Origin: Octopus bimaculoides
Lineage: Eukaryota
Direction: 5' to 3'
Length of the DNA stretch: 45,993 nt
NCBI RefSeq assembly: GCF_001194135.2
Contig: NC_068998.1
Location: 4,452,462 to 4,498,454 of the forward strand
Part shown: positions 22,955-35,034 of the stretch, piece by piece
Numbering within the stretch: position 1 is the stretch's first letter
Layout of the letters: every line of letters begins with the position of its first letter
Made by a program: the position numbers and the translations under genes
The notes under the pieces: model-generated
Databases searched by the model: none
The model's input: only the letters and a program-made list of their open reading frames with translations
What the model was told of the DNA's origin: nothing

Positions 22955-23372
22955 AAAATAAACGTCAGAAACTGCAGGAGATACTCAGAGGTCTCTCAAG
23001 CTCTTCTAAATCCATTGCAATGCTGGAAATCCTTCCGTATCATCAGAAGGTATCTCAGGGTCACGAGCGTCTCGCCCCTTAGTCTGTACGCCTCACCTGA
23101 GTGGGGCAGTGAAGACCGAGTTAGTCTTTGCCTATGGAAGAGTTCCTCTTGCGCTCTCTTATCAACCACAGCCATCTTGAGCTAATTTTAGCTGCCGTTC
23201 CTATTTCCTTTATGACTTACTGCAGGAAATAGCAGACTGAACCAGCTGGAAAGCTGCGGCAGCTGACTTCGATGGGGAATGAGGCCGCATGCCAACCCTT
23301 CACAAGGGCCACGTCCACTAAATCCTGACATTTCGATTTTTTTTACTTCTGAGAAATATCAAGTCTGTCCAT
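22955..23372 (-). mobile_element. HERO-like RLE-type non-LTR retrotransposon 3' fragment (coding remnant 23121-23372 plus 3' UTR)
   Basis: DRLDISQK*KKSKCQDLVDVALVKGWHAASFPIEVSCRSFPAGSVCYFLQ*VIKEIGTAAKISSRWLWLIRERK matches the HERO pattern RKxxKYxxLV...GW...PxEVGCRGF...AAExxSRWLW; two in-frame stops. Confidence 0.75.
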
Positions 23373-23534
23373 CGGGTTTCTTTTCAGGTTCCGTCTACCA
23401 AATCAACTCACATGGCTTGGGTTGGCCCGAGAGTATAGTAGACGACACTTGCCCAAGGTGCCAGGCAGTGGGACTGAACCCGGAACCATGTGGTTGAGAA
23501 GCAAGCTTCTTACCACACAGCCACGCCTGCACCC
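23373..23534 (-). mobile_element. SINE family 1 module B with intact tRNA-like head
   Basis: GGCGTGGCTGTGTGGTAAGAAGC (A-box), GGGTTCAGTCCC (B-box), GGCACCTTGGGCAAGTGTC. Confidence 0.9.
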
Positions 23535-23847
23535 CTCTTCCTCCCCCTCTCTCTATAATATATATATATATATANNNNNNNNNNNNNNNNNNNNNNNNNN
23601 NNNNNNNNNNNNNNNNNNNNNNNNNNNNNNNNNNNNNNNNNNNNNNNNNNNNNNNNNNNNNNNNNNNNNNNNNNNNNNNNNNNNNNNNNNNNNNNNNNNN
23701 NNNNNNNNNNNNNNNNNNNNNNNNNNNNNNNNNNNNNNNNNNNNNNNNNTATATATATATATATAATCAGAAAACAGGACTTTTTCCATGCAAGAAAAAT
23801 ATGGTAAATACCATCATAGATCTGCTTATGTTTATTCACACGCATAG

Positions 23848-23882
<35 letters not shown>

Positions 23883-24344
23883 GACACGTACACACATGCA
23901 CATACATAGACTCATACACGCGTGCGCACACCACCACCACCTGTCACATACATCAGACACACGCGCACGCACGCTTATTGGAGCGAGCATCTACGATGAA
24001 AGCTTGTCTTAACTTACAAATTGCCAACAAGATTGCTGGAAGCAATTTCCAGTCATCTGTTCTTATTAAATCAATTAATCTTTCCATAATATTAATGGAA
24101 GGTCATCTCTAACTTGTCAACACTTAACTGATAAACAAACAAGATACGAGCGCAGTTGATGATAACAAGACGTTCATGAATGAATAACTGGAGATGGATG
24201 AGGATTCAGGCATTAGGAGGAATGATGGAACGAAAGAATGAAGGAATGTAGGAATAAATGGATAAACGAATAATAAAGATGCGGTACAAAGGAAGATGGG
24301 AAATTACTTTCTCTTTTTTTGTTTTTTTAGTTTAAAAAATTTTT

Positions 24345-24570
24345 TTTTTGTCTTTTAATTGTTTCAGTCATTAGACTGCGGCCATGCTGAGGCATCGCTT
24401 TGAAGAATTTTAGTCGTAGGAATCGGCTCCAGTACTTAATTATTTTTTTTAAAGCTTGGTCCATGTTCTATCGGATATCTGTTGCCGAACAGCTACCTTA
24501 CGGGAGACGTAAACACATCAACACCGGTGATGGGGGGAACAAATACAGACAGAAAGAAACACACACAGAT
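24345..24570 (-). mobile_element. SINE family 1 module A, diverged
   Basis: TTGTTTCAGTCATTAGACTGCGGCCATGCTG...TTGCCGAAC...GACGTAAACACATCAACACCG. Confidence 0.75.
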
Positions 24571-25069
24571 ATATATAAATGTATATGTGTGTGTGTGTAC
24601 GTAACTATATTCTGGGACACATCTATTTTGGCAATTCATATATAAAAAGAAGACCGTTACAATATAAAGTATGTAGGGGGCTCTATGGAAGCGCTGGCAT
24701 TGCAGAAACAGTAGAGAACTTCCTTATATATAGCCATTTCGACAATCCATAGAAATGACTTCCAGGTCTAACAAGATCGGGTGAAATGCAATCGATTGTC
24801 ATGGTAGATGTAGCAGTCAAATCTCCCTCAAATCTTTCTTTCTTTTTCAGATATCATAGAGAGTTTTTTTTAGAGATATAATAAAAAAATCTCACTCATA
24901 GAGATCCTTAGCAAAGATCTCTATGAGATAAGAATTTTGGGGCGGGTTTCATGCAGGTCAATTGTCGCAATTGATAAAGCAGTCAAATATTTCTTCAATC
25001 AGATCGTTTCGATAATCCCATGAAAAGTGAAGCCACTACGAGTTAACAAAAGAGCGTCATGTGTATTCA

Positions 25070-25390
25070 CTTAAATTGCTAGAAATAGCGGGCAAAGCTT
25101 CCTCAAATGAAATTATTTCTACAATAGATAAAACAATAAGAACATTACGAGTTAATGTGGGGGTGTTATATGCAGCCATATAACTTCCTAAAATTCCCAC
25201 TCTGTAACCCCAAATAAGGAGACATTCATTAAATAATGTATACAGAATATACGAAATACCTGGTATAGAAAAGAAAAAAAAACGGGATTGTCGTAGCTGG
25301 AACTGCCTTTCATCGTTGGTATGCTCGATCACAATAAGCACATGACTAAAGTAACAACAACAACAACGACAACAACAACAACAACAACGG
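25070..25390 (+). mobile_element. Family F copy with (CAA)n tail
   Basis: TGCTAGAAATAGCGGGCAAAGCTTCCTCAAAT...GCTGGAACTGCCTTTCATC...GCTCGATC...(AAC)n. Confidence 0.5.
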
Positions 25391-25543
25391 TACATACTAC
25401 AATAATACGTCAAGTTTCGCTTCAAGGAAGAGACGGCAAGGTATTATGCATGAAGAAAAGCCAAAGGCCGAATGTCAATCTCGGCCCACACGTAATAGTT
25501 TAACTTCCAAACTAATTTTAATGAATTGAAACGCGAGTGCCTC

Positions 25544-25545
<2 letters not shown>

Positions 25546-25582
<37 letters not shown>

Positions 25583-25693
25583 TATTACTATTATTGTTAT
25601 TAAACTTTCGTTTCTTCTTCTTCTTCTTCTTCTTCTTCTTCTTCTTCTTCTTCTTCTTCTTCTTCTTCTTCTTCTTCTTCTTCTTCTTCTTCT
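25546..25693. repeat. (CAT)n and (TTC)n microsatellites
   Basis: Direct reading. Confidence 0.95.
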
Positions 25694-26001
25694 NNNNNNN
25701 NNNNNNNNNNNNNNNNNNNNNNNNNNNNNNNNNNNNNNNNNNNNNNNNNNNNNNNNNNNNNNNNNNNNNNNNNNNNNNNNNNNNNNNNNNNNNNNNNNNN
25801 NNNNNNNNNNNNNNNNNNNNNNNNNNNNNNNNNNNNNNNNNNNNNNNNNNNNNNNNNNNNNNNNNNNNNNNNNNNNNNNNNNNNNNNNNNNNNNNNNNNN
25901 NNNNNNNNNNNNNNNNNNNNNNNNNNNNNNNNNNNNNNNNNNNNNNNNNNNNNNNNNNNNNNNNNNNNNNNNNNNNNNNNNNNNNNNNNNNNNNNNNNNN
26001 N

Positions 26002-26036
<35 letters not shown>

Positions 26037-27272
26037 ATATAAGCATACACACACACGTATGTAGTATAAATGTACTTATATATACGTTGCAATGGCGTAC
26101 GCAGTCGTCAATGCTTAAAGCATTCATTTACGAGGCAGGTAGGTAGATGGCACTAGTAACTTAAACGTAGTTGAAACTGCTGTCGGCTGTGCTTGTGTAT
26201 GTCTTTGTGTGCCTGTCTGTTACTGTGTATATCTTTGTGTGTGTCTGTCTATTACTGTGTATGTATCATTACGGAGCATCGCTTCCATGTTAATAAGATT
26301 TCATTTAAATCTAATTTGAAGTAACAACACTTGCACTTAAGTAATTTGATGGGGAAAAAATTACACCCAAGATTTTAGTATTCTTTTATAAGGCAGGTCG
26401 GTGGATCGTAACACATTTAAATTATATTCTTTACGTGTTTTAGTCATTCGACTACAACCATGATCGGGTATTTTGTTTTAAAGCCTGATATTTATTTTAT
26501 CGTGCTCCTCTAACGAACTGCTATGTTACGACGACGTAAACAAACCAAGGTGGTGGTGGCGAACAAACACTCATGCGCATAAATTTATGTATCAATCAAT
26601 CTATCTCGCCCTCTCTGTATGTTTGTTTGTCTATCTGTCTGTCTGTCTCTCTCTCTCCCTATATATATATATATACATACATACATACACACATACACAC
26701 ACAAATAAATGTGGCATAGTGGTTCGGTAAACCTGTGGTTATAATAGAACATATTTGCCTTAATGTGCCACACAGTAGGATTTGAACCTGAAGCAAGCTT
26801 CTAACCACGCAGAGTCATTTACGCCTATCCATCTCTCTCCCTTTTCCTGTTTTTTTTTTTTTTTATCTCTGTCATTCTTTCTTTACACTTACACAAACAG
26901 ATATACACGTATATATGCATGAAGCCGAGTAACGGTTTCAAACCCCCGAAGATTCTCAATTTCCCTAAATCCTACACTGGAATGTGAGACGGAAATTTCA
27001 AGCGCTGGTGATTAAATCAAGCATCCACTTTTAGGCATCACGACAAAAGAAATACCAAATCAATATCAAACCATATATGGTATTCATATGATCGCAGTAT
27101 GGAAAACATTCATGCCACCAGATTTAATTTTAGTTTTCTGCAAAATTTTTTACACATTACTACGACAGTTACACAGACGAAAAATCATTCCTATACAACT
27201 TCACTAGAAAGTCTGATATGATTTCTAAATGTCACAAACCGCGGAAGATATATTTCGATTTTCTTCAATCAG

Positions 27273-27343
27273 ATGTTCAACTGTTTCAGCATTTGTTATT
27301 AAAGAATCGACCCGTTCACTATATTAAACACGTCTGTCCCAAA
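27273..27343 (+). other. Weak candidate 71-nt exon (xVQLFQHLLLKNRPVHYIKHVCPK)
   Basis: TTTTCTTCAATCAG acceptor, AAA|GTGAGT donor, one open frame; may instead lie inside a DNA-transposon remnant ending AGGGGTTAA at about 27374. Confidence 0.2.
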
Positions 27344-27679
27344 GTGAGTTTCTATCTTCTAAATAAGGGGTTAAAATGAGTCACTTGAAATTTTCAACTT
27401 ACTATATCACCCTCGTGTTTATATTGTATGTGTGTGTGTGTGTATTTATTGTATGTATATGTTTATGTTTATAGGCGCTAATATCGAACAGTGAGAATAA
27501 GTACTCAATACCGCATTACCCGCGCATGCAAACACACAACATGACTGTACAACATAATATGTACAGCATGGTATTTAATCATGTACTTGTTTATTATTTA
27601 TTTATTTATTTATTCATTTACCGTTTACGTTCACTTACTTTCACTTGTTATAACGTGCACTAATGTAGCTGGGTGGGCA

Positions 27680-27710
27680 GTAATGATGATGATGGTGGTA
27701 GTGGTGATGA

Positions 27711-27744
<34 letters not shown>

Positions 27745-28239
27745 GGTGGTGGTGGTGATGATCTGATGATGATGATGGTATTGATTATGATGATGATGAT
27801 GGTGATGATGATGATGAATACAAGAAATAAAGGAGAGAGCGATAGAGTGAGAGGAAGAGAGTAAGAGGTGTTGAATGAGTGAGGAAGAGAAAGAAGAGGA
27901 AGAGGAAAGAGAACTACAGTAATAGGGAGGGGGAGAAAGAGAGAGAGGAAGAGCACGTGGTAAAGAAAGCGTAGAATACAGAGAAGAATAGAGAAATGCA
28001 GAGAAAAAGAGAAAACAGAGAGAGGGGAGGGAAGGAGGAGAAAACAAGTGAAGGGGAGAGGGAGAGAGAGAGAGAGGAAGATGGGATTAAGAAGCGGAAG
28101 AAAGATGAGAGCGCCACAGGAAGTCAGTGATTTTATGAACTTTAAGAATGAAAGAGGTTTTGTCCACATTCGTTTAATAACATCATTTGAACGGGGCGGA
28201 GATCAACTGGACAATGGGCAGAGAACAGGCGAAGGTGTC

Positions 28240-28273
<34 letters not shown>

Positions 28274-28410
28274 ATGGTGGTGGTGGTGGTGGAAGGAGGA
28301 GGCGATGCAGAAAGATTGAATAGAGAGAGCGTCGAAAGCAACAAAAGAAAGGAAGGAAGGAAGGAAGGAAAGAAAGGAGGATAGAAATGAAATCAAGAAA
28401 AGAAGAAAGG
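27680..28410. repeat. (GAT/GGT)n followed by a long purine-rich GA tract and (GTA)n
   Basis: Direct reading. Confidence 0.85.
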
Positions 28411-28841
28411 ATGTCCACTGGCTTTAACGACATCTTTCGGCCATGTCAAACATTAAATTCCCATTGAACAATCGGGATTAGAAAGCAGAGGATTATCCCA
28501 CTAATGAAGGCTTAGACGGTGGTCGTCAGAACTTCAAAACCCGTATCAGCCATTGAAAGAAGGAAACGAAAATACGCAGTTTATGTACGAACGTGTGTGT
28601 GTGTGTGTGTAAGTGTGTGTGTGTGTTTAAAAAATACTATTTATCTCATTTAATTACAGGCTAAGCACTGGTGATATAAAGAAACTGGAAATTTGTTCAA
28701 TATTTCGACATATTTTGACGACCATTGCCTCAAGGGAACACGACGCATGTTGTTAGTGGGATGTACGTGTGTGTGTTTGAGTATATATGCACACGGACAT
28801 GAGTGTTTCGTGCGAGTAGGTATAAACTCACTCAAGCACTC

Positions 28842-28904
<63 letters not shown>

Positions 28905-29098
28905 CTCTATCTGTTCTCTCACCCTGTATACACACACATACACACATAGNNNNNNNNNNNNNNNNNNNNNNNNNNNNNNNNNNNNNNNNNNNNNNNNNNN
29001 NNNNNNNNNNNNNNNNNNNNNNNNNNNNNNNNNNNNNNNNNNNNNNNNNNNNNNNNNNNNNNNNNNNNNNNNNNNNNNNNNNNNNNNNNNNNNNNNNN

Positions 29099-29152
<54 letters not shown>

Positions 29153-29450
29153 TGGCTAGAGCGATAACGGAGGTTGTAAACTTCCGGTAGGTCGAAGCAG
29201 TCAACCTCATGTGTGTTGGCTGCTCTCGCTTTTTTCTTTTATAGTTGTATTTTATATTACTCCTTAAAACATCCCTACCACTACCACCATTACCATCACC
29301 CGCTCCACTGCCATCTGCACCACCATCTCATCCAACACCACCATCCCCACCATCCCCACCATTATCACCACCTTCCCCCACTCTCCACCACCATCACCAC
29401 TACCATCTCCCCACCACCACCACAGTCACCACCACCATCCGCCTCATTAC

Positions 29451-29860
29451 CGGGCTTCTTTCAGTTTCCTATTTCTTTATTGCCCACAAAGGGCTAAACA
29501 CAGACGGGACAAACAAGGACAGGCAAAGGGATTAAGTCGATTAGATCGACCCCAGTGCGTAACTGGTACTTAATTTATGGACCCCGATAAGATGAAAGGT
29601 AAAGTCGACCTCGGCGGAATTTGACCTCAGAACGTAAAGACAGACGAAATACCGCTAAGCATTTTGCTCGGCGTGCTAACCATTCTGCCAGCTCGCTGCC
29701 TTATTTCAGTTTCCTTCTTTCAGTTTTAATTTACCAAATCCACTCACAGTGCTTTGTTTGGCTCGAGGCTACAGTAAAAAAAACACTTGCCCAAGGTGCT
29801 GTGGGACTGAACCCTGAACCATGAGATTGGAATCTAGCTTCTTACCACAGAGCTACGCCT
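29451..29860 (-). mobile_element. SINE family 1 module B split by a nested family 2 insertion
   Basis: B 3' end at 29451-29470, remainder at 29704-29860. Confidence 0.8.
29471..29703 (-). mobile_element. SINE family 2, full length, tail type 2, with 12-bp TSD
   Basis: TTTCAGTTTCCT at 29459-29470 and 29704-29715; tail ...GCCCTTTGTGGGCAATAAAGAAAT. Confidence 0.9.
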
Positions 29861-30099
29861 TCATATTAATTTTGAATACAAAACCACAGGTTTCCAATAA
29901 GAGATTATGACGGATTATATCGATCTTAGATCTCCTCTGTAGACATCCTGTATCTCTATCGCCATCTAACCAAGGTTAGATTTGAACTCACCACGTACGT
30001 AAAGCGACGTCGCTAAACACTGCCAAGCTCTCACGATCTGAGCCAATCCTGTTAGCCTTGTAGGTATAGATGTGTGTATGACCAGCGTGTCTGCGAGTA

Positions 30100-30180
<81 letters not shown>

Positions 30181-30374
30181 ACGTGTTTCGTGTGTTGGAC
30201 GGTACATGTGAAAGGGGCCAGATGATTAAATATGCTGTGGACCAACTCAAATACCTTCATATAATTAGGCAAACATTTGTACGTGCAAACCCAGAGTGTA
30301 TATGGATCTAGACGTATGCGCAAAAAAACAAAATCCCCTCACCGTAGAAAATTATTGGTGTGTGTATATGTGTG

Positions 30375-30412
<38 letters not shown>

Positions 30413-30439
30413 TGCGTATGCATCCGTGTGCAACATTCT

Positions 30440-30522
<83 letters not shown>

Positions 30523-30859
30523 NNNNNNNNNNNNNNNNNNNNNNNNNNNNNNNNNNNNNNNNNNNNNNNNNNNNNNNNNNNNNNNNNNNNNNNNNNNNNN
30601 NNNNNNNNNNNNNNNNNNNNNNNNNNNNNNNNNNNNNNNNNNNNNNNNNNNNNNNNNNNNNNNNNNNNNNNNNNNNNNNNNNNNNNNNNNNNNNNNNNAT
30701 ATATATGTATGTATGTATATATTTATATGTATGTATATATATATTTATATGTATGTATACATGTATGTATGTGTGTGTTTGTAAGTATATATAAAGATAT
30801 ATATATTTGTACATACACAATCACACACATATTGTCAAGCGCATAAATATCTACAAATT

Positions 30860-30896
<37 letters not shown>

Positions 30897-31189
30897 TCAC
30901 ACACATACATGCCTGTGTATATATATACTTGAATACACACACATACACGTGTATAAATTTTATTCGTTTTGTTTTTGCCTTGTAACGTTTGTGTTATGTC
31001 TTTTCACGGTCCTTGTGTGTCCCCCTCTTCGTGGATGGTTTTTCCAGGGCTGGCGGAGGTTTGTTTTAAACGGGTATTTACGGAGGGGTGTATGTTTTAA
31101 CGGGTACTTGCATTCTATATTTACGATATGTGCGTGACATTCTGGCATAGCCACAGTAATTGATTAGTTTGGTTTGTTGTTGTAGAGGT

Positions 31190-31263
31190 TGTTCATGATG
31201 ATGACGATGATGATTATGATGATGATGATGATGATGATGGCAATGATGACGATGACGATGGCA

Positions 31264-31295
<32 letters not shown>

Positions 31296-31560
31296 AATGA
31301 CAGCGACTACGATGACGATGAAGATGATGAGAACCACGATGATGGCAATGACAGGGATGTTGTCGTCGTAGTGACTAGGATGAATAACACGATGCAGAAT
31401 ATGATGACGATGATGACGACTATGGCAATGATGATGATGATGATGATGAAGTTGTTGCTGATAATGGTAGTGATGACGATGATGACGATGATGACGATGC
31501 TGATGATGATGGTAATGGTGACGATGAGGATGATGATGATGATGATGGTGATGGTGATCA
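31190..31560. repeat. Degenerate (GAT/GAC)n block
   Basis: Direct reading. Confidence 0.95.
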
Positions 31561-31697
31561 TGCCGCCACTGTTTATATTCATTTGATCTTCTTCCCTGGT
31601 GCAACAATTGCAATTATTGGCAATTGCATACATCTTTGCATTCATTTGCTCTATTGTTCCTGGTAAAAACAACAACAACAACAATAATAATAATAAT

Positions 31698-31912
31698 GGT
31701 TTTAATTTTTCGCACAAGGCCCGCAATTTCGAGGAAGGCGGTAAGTCGAATACATTAACCGAAGTACTCAACGGGTACTTATATTACGAAGCCCAAGAAG
31801 ATAAAAGTCAAAGTCGACCTCGGCGGTATTCGAACTCAGAGCGAAAAGACGGACGAAATACAGCCAAGCATCTTGCCCAGTGTGCTAACGATTCTGCCAG
31901 CTCACCGCCTTT
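31698..31912 (-). mobile_element. SINE family 2, full length, between (AAT)n tracts
   Basis: Head GGCGGTGAGCTGGCAGAATCGTTAGCAC, B-box GAGTTCGAATACC. Confidence 0.85.
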
Positions 31913-31981
<69 letters not shown>

Positions 31982-31999
31982 GCACACACGTTCACACAT

Positions 32000-32044
32000 A
32001 CAGTCCGACGATGGCTAAACTCGTTGAAACTTCGAAGTCACTGT
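32000..32044 (+). ncRNA. Type I hammerhead-ribozyme-like motif
   Basis: ACAGT | CCGACGA | TGGCTAAACTCGTT | GAAA | CTTCGAAG | TC | ACTGT: 5-bp helix I, palindromic helix III (ACTTCGAAGT), GUC triplet; U4 changed to C and weak helix II. Confidence 0.55.
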
Positions 32045-32164
32045 CAACAGCATTTTTGCTTAAGAATACACTTGTACTCTACAAAGGGATACGGTGACCC
32101 CTAAAATTAATGTGAAATTTTTAATTACAACTAAACCTAAAAGCAAAATTTACCTCCCCCCACC

Positions 32165-32222
<58 letters not shown>

Positions 32223-33103
32223 TTATGCATACAAATACATACAAGTATATATAATTTATGTCTCGTTAAACATACCACATATATACACATGCACACACAT
32301 AAATACACACACACATACAAATAGATAGAAAGATAGATAGATAGATAGACAGATACAGTGATAGAGAGATATACAGACTGACACACACACACTCATACAC
32401 ACATACACACACAGATGCATACATGTATATATATGTGCGTGTGTATATAAACACATATATACATCCATCCATTCATCCATACATACATATTTTACTGTTT
32501 AACCAATAAAATTACTTAAACAACCAGCAAAGACCAGACGAAAAAAAGGAACGGGGTGGGGAAAACGNNNNNNNNNNNNNNNNNNNNNNNNNNNNNNNNN
32601 NNNNNNNNNNNNNNNNNNNNNNNNNNNNNNNNNNNNNNNNNNNNNNNNNNNNNNNNNNNNNNNNNNNNNNNNNNNNNNNNNNNNNNNNTTGGGGGGGGGG
32701 TGAAAAGGAAAAGGGGACAGCGTTAACCCCCGTAAAAATGACCTGAGATAGAGGTGTATTACTTTGATGTCTGATAGGAAAATGGAATGCCTTAAAGGCG
32801 ATCTGGGGGTATGTGTGGTCTGGAGGTTGACAAAAGGGGGCAATAAGGATGTGTGCGGGAGGGATGGGGCGCGGAGATAAATGTTTGGTTTAGCATGGGC
32901 GGGGAGCGGGAAAAGGCGGAGATGGTGGTGGTGCAGGAGATTTAGGTGATCAACTGAAATACCTTGAGAGGCACGCATATAATTAAAATGTCTTTCTCAT
33001 TCTCTTGCTGCAAATTTATGGGACCTCGAACAACTCCTACGACGACAACAACAGCAGCAACAACAACAGTACCTTATACAGGTACCACTGCTAATAATAA
33101 TAA

Positions 33104-33575
33104 TCCTTTCTGCTAGGGGCACAGGCCTGAAATTTTGGGAGAGGGGACCAGTCGATTACATCGACCGACCCCAGTACTCATCTGATACTTATTTTATCCA
33201 CCACGAAAGAATAAAAGACAAAGTCGACCCCTGCGGAATTTGAACTCAGAACGTAAAGACGAACGAAACACCGCTACGTACTTTGTCTGGCGCGCTAAAC
33301 GATTCTGCCACCACGCAACTGTTATTCCTTTCTACTGTAAGCACAAGGCTTGAAATACCGAAGTCATGGGGGAGGGTCCAGTCGATTACATTAAGCATTT
33401 ATTGTTCGGCTTGCTTACGATTCCGCCGGCTCACAGCCGCCAAGAGATAGTAATCCTTTCTGTTAAAAGCACAAGGTCTGAAATTTTTTGGAAGGGGTCA
33501 ATTACATCGACCCAAGTGTTTCACTGGTACTTAATTTATCGACCTCGAAATGATGAAAGGCAAAATCCCGCCGAG
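33104..33575 (-). mobile_element. Cluster of SINE family 2: one full copy (33104-33316) plus fragments
   Basis: Repeated GCACAAGGCCTGAAATT tail and GTCGATTACATCGAC motif at about 33120, 33340 and 33470. Confidence 0.8.
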
Positions 33576-33625
33576 GCCAACTTTGTTCGTTTCACTTCTT
33601 TCAGTGATTAGACTGCGAGTCGATG

Positions 33626-33660
33626 TACAGGGTTGGCCAAAAGTCACCCGACAGTAAATT
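33626..33660 (+). mobile_element. Tc1/mariner-like TIR fragment TA-CAGGGTTGGCCAAAAGTCACCCGACAG
   Basis: TA + CAGGG start, located between modules A and B of a family 1 SINE. Confidence 0.4.
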
Positions 33661-33675
33661 AAAATTCTATAAATA

Positions 33676-33840
33676 CGACGGGCTTCTTTCAGTTTACGTC
33701 TACCAACTCCACTCACAAGGATTTGGTCGGCCCTAGGCTATAGTAGAAGACACTTGCCCAAGGTGCCACGCAGTGGGACTGAACCCGGAACTATGTGGTT
33801 GGGAAGCAAGATTCTTACCACACAGCCACACCTGCGCCTA
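33676..33840 (-). mobile_element. SINE family 1 module B, complete head
   Basis: AGGCGCAGGTGTGGCTGTGTGGTAAGAA...GGGTTCAGTCCCACTGCGTGGCACCTTGGGCAAGTGTCTT. Confidence 0.9.
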
Positions 33841-33879
33841 ATTCCAAATAATAATTATAAAAATATAATATAATGGGAG

Positions 33880-33979
33880 TTTCTTTTCAACATTGAATGT
33901 GTAAAAGGGTCCAATAGAGCAAAATAGAAATCGAAGTGGTCCACGGAAGAAAAAAAAAAAACCCTGTTGAGAAACACTG
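33880..33979 (-). mobile_element. Possible hAT-type MITE end (CAGTGTTTCTCAAC)
   Basis: The terminal 14-mer resembles hAT/Charlie TIR starts; no second TIR seen. Confidence 0.3.
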
Positions 33980-34956
33980 AGATACAGCCATAACAAAAGT
34001 CGCAAGAGAAACATAAAAGTACTGATCGCATTGACAGCAAAGGTGTTACTCTGCGGTTGGGAATCCGTCGTGTAATGTGTTGTGTGGGTGTGAAGGACAT
34101 GTCGGGAACGGCTTATGCATTCGTAGTGGTGTATGGCGAGGAGGGAGGCTGACAAGAAATTATATTGTCCCTGACTAAGGAAATGCTGCCAGATACGGAA
34201 ATTGCTGAATGGATTAAACTCTCACCATCACCACCATCATCATTATCACTATCATCTTCGACCACATGTCGGATTGGCCCCGTGTGACATGAGAACTGAA
34301 AGAGATTGTAGGGGTGTGTTGTTATTTGTTGTTTTGTCGTTTTGTTTTGCCTTTTTTTTTGTTTGTTCTGTTTTGCTGTGCTCAGGTTGGTGACAGTTTA
34401 CTGTCTGTCCTCCTATTACACACGGTGCGGCACACCCTTAACGAGAAAGTGTGGGGCGGGTGCGACCTTTAATGCGCGACAGCCCTTGCTTCTGACGTTT
34501 ATCTCAAACCACGAAAGTATATTACAATAGTCGACGTTTATTCGGTTGGTCCCACGACATTTCCTAGCAGTTGCCGAGTTGGACGTGTCTGTCTGTCTGT
34601 CTATCTGTCTGTCTGTCTGCCTGTCTGTCTGCCTGTATGAATGTATGTATGTATGCATGTATGTATGTATGTAGGTATGTATGTATGTATATATGTATGT
34701 ATGTATGAATGTATGTGTGCATTTATGTGTGTATGTTATTATGGATGTGTGTATGAATATATGTATGTTTACGTATGCATGTATGTGTGTATGTATGTAA
34801 GTATGTGTGTGTGTATGTGTGTATGTATGTATGTGTGTGTATGTATGTCCATATGTATGTATGCACACGTGCGTGCTTGTGCATACGCTTGATTTTAGAT
34901 GTGTGTGTGTGAACGTGTGTGAGTTTAACTATGCACGTATATGTGTGTGTGTATGT

Positions 34957-35004
<48 letters not shown>

Positions 35005-35034
35005 TTGTGCCTGTGTTTGTGCCTGTGTTTGTGT

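Noticed and set aside
23035-23075. Permuted hammerhead-like words (GAGAC...CTGATGA) in the HERO-like 3' UTR, minus strand
   Set aside because: GAAA is not intact, there is no valid NUH, and helices I and II do not pair.
23097-23348. Two convincing-looking minus-strand exons (MAVVDKRAQEELF... and xVKKIEMSGFSGRG...)
   Set aside because: They are alternative frames of the HERO-like retrotransposon remnant.
28660-28760. Possible exon RLSTGDIKKLEICSIF... (astacin-like LSxxDIxKL)
   Set aside because: The similarity is too short, the conserved LYxC is missing, and there is no phase-compatible neighbour.
32689-32945. G-rich segment suggesting a G-quadruplex
   Set aside because: No four closely spaced G3 runs, and it borders a gap and looks like low-quality contig-end sequence.
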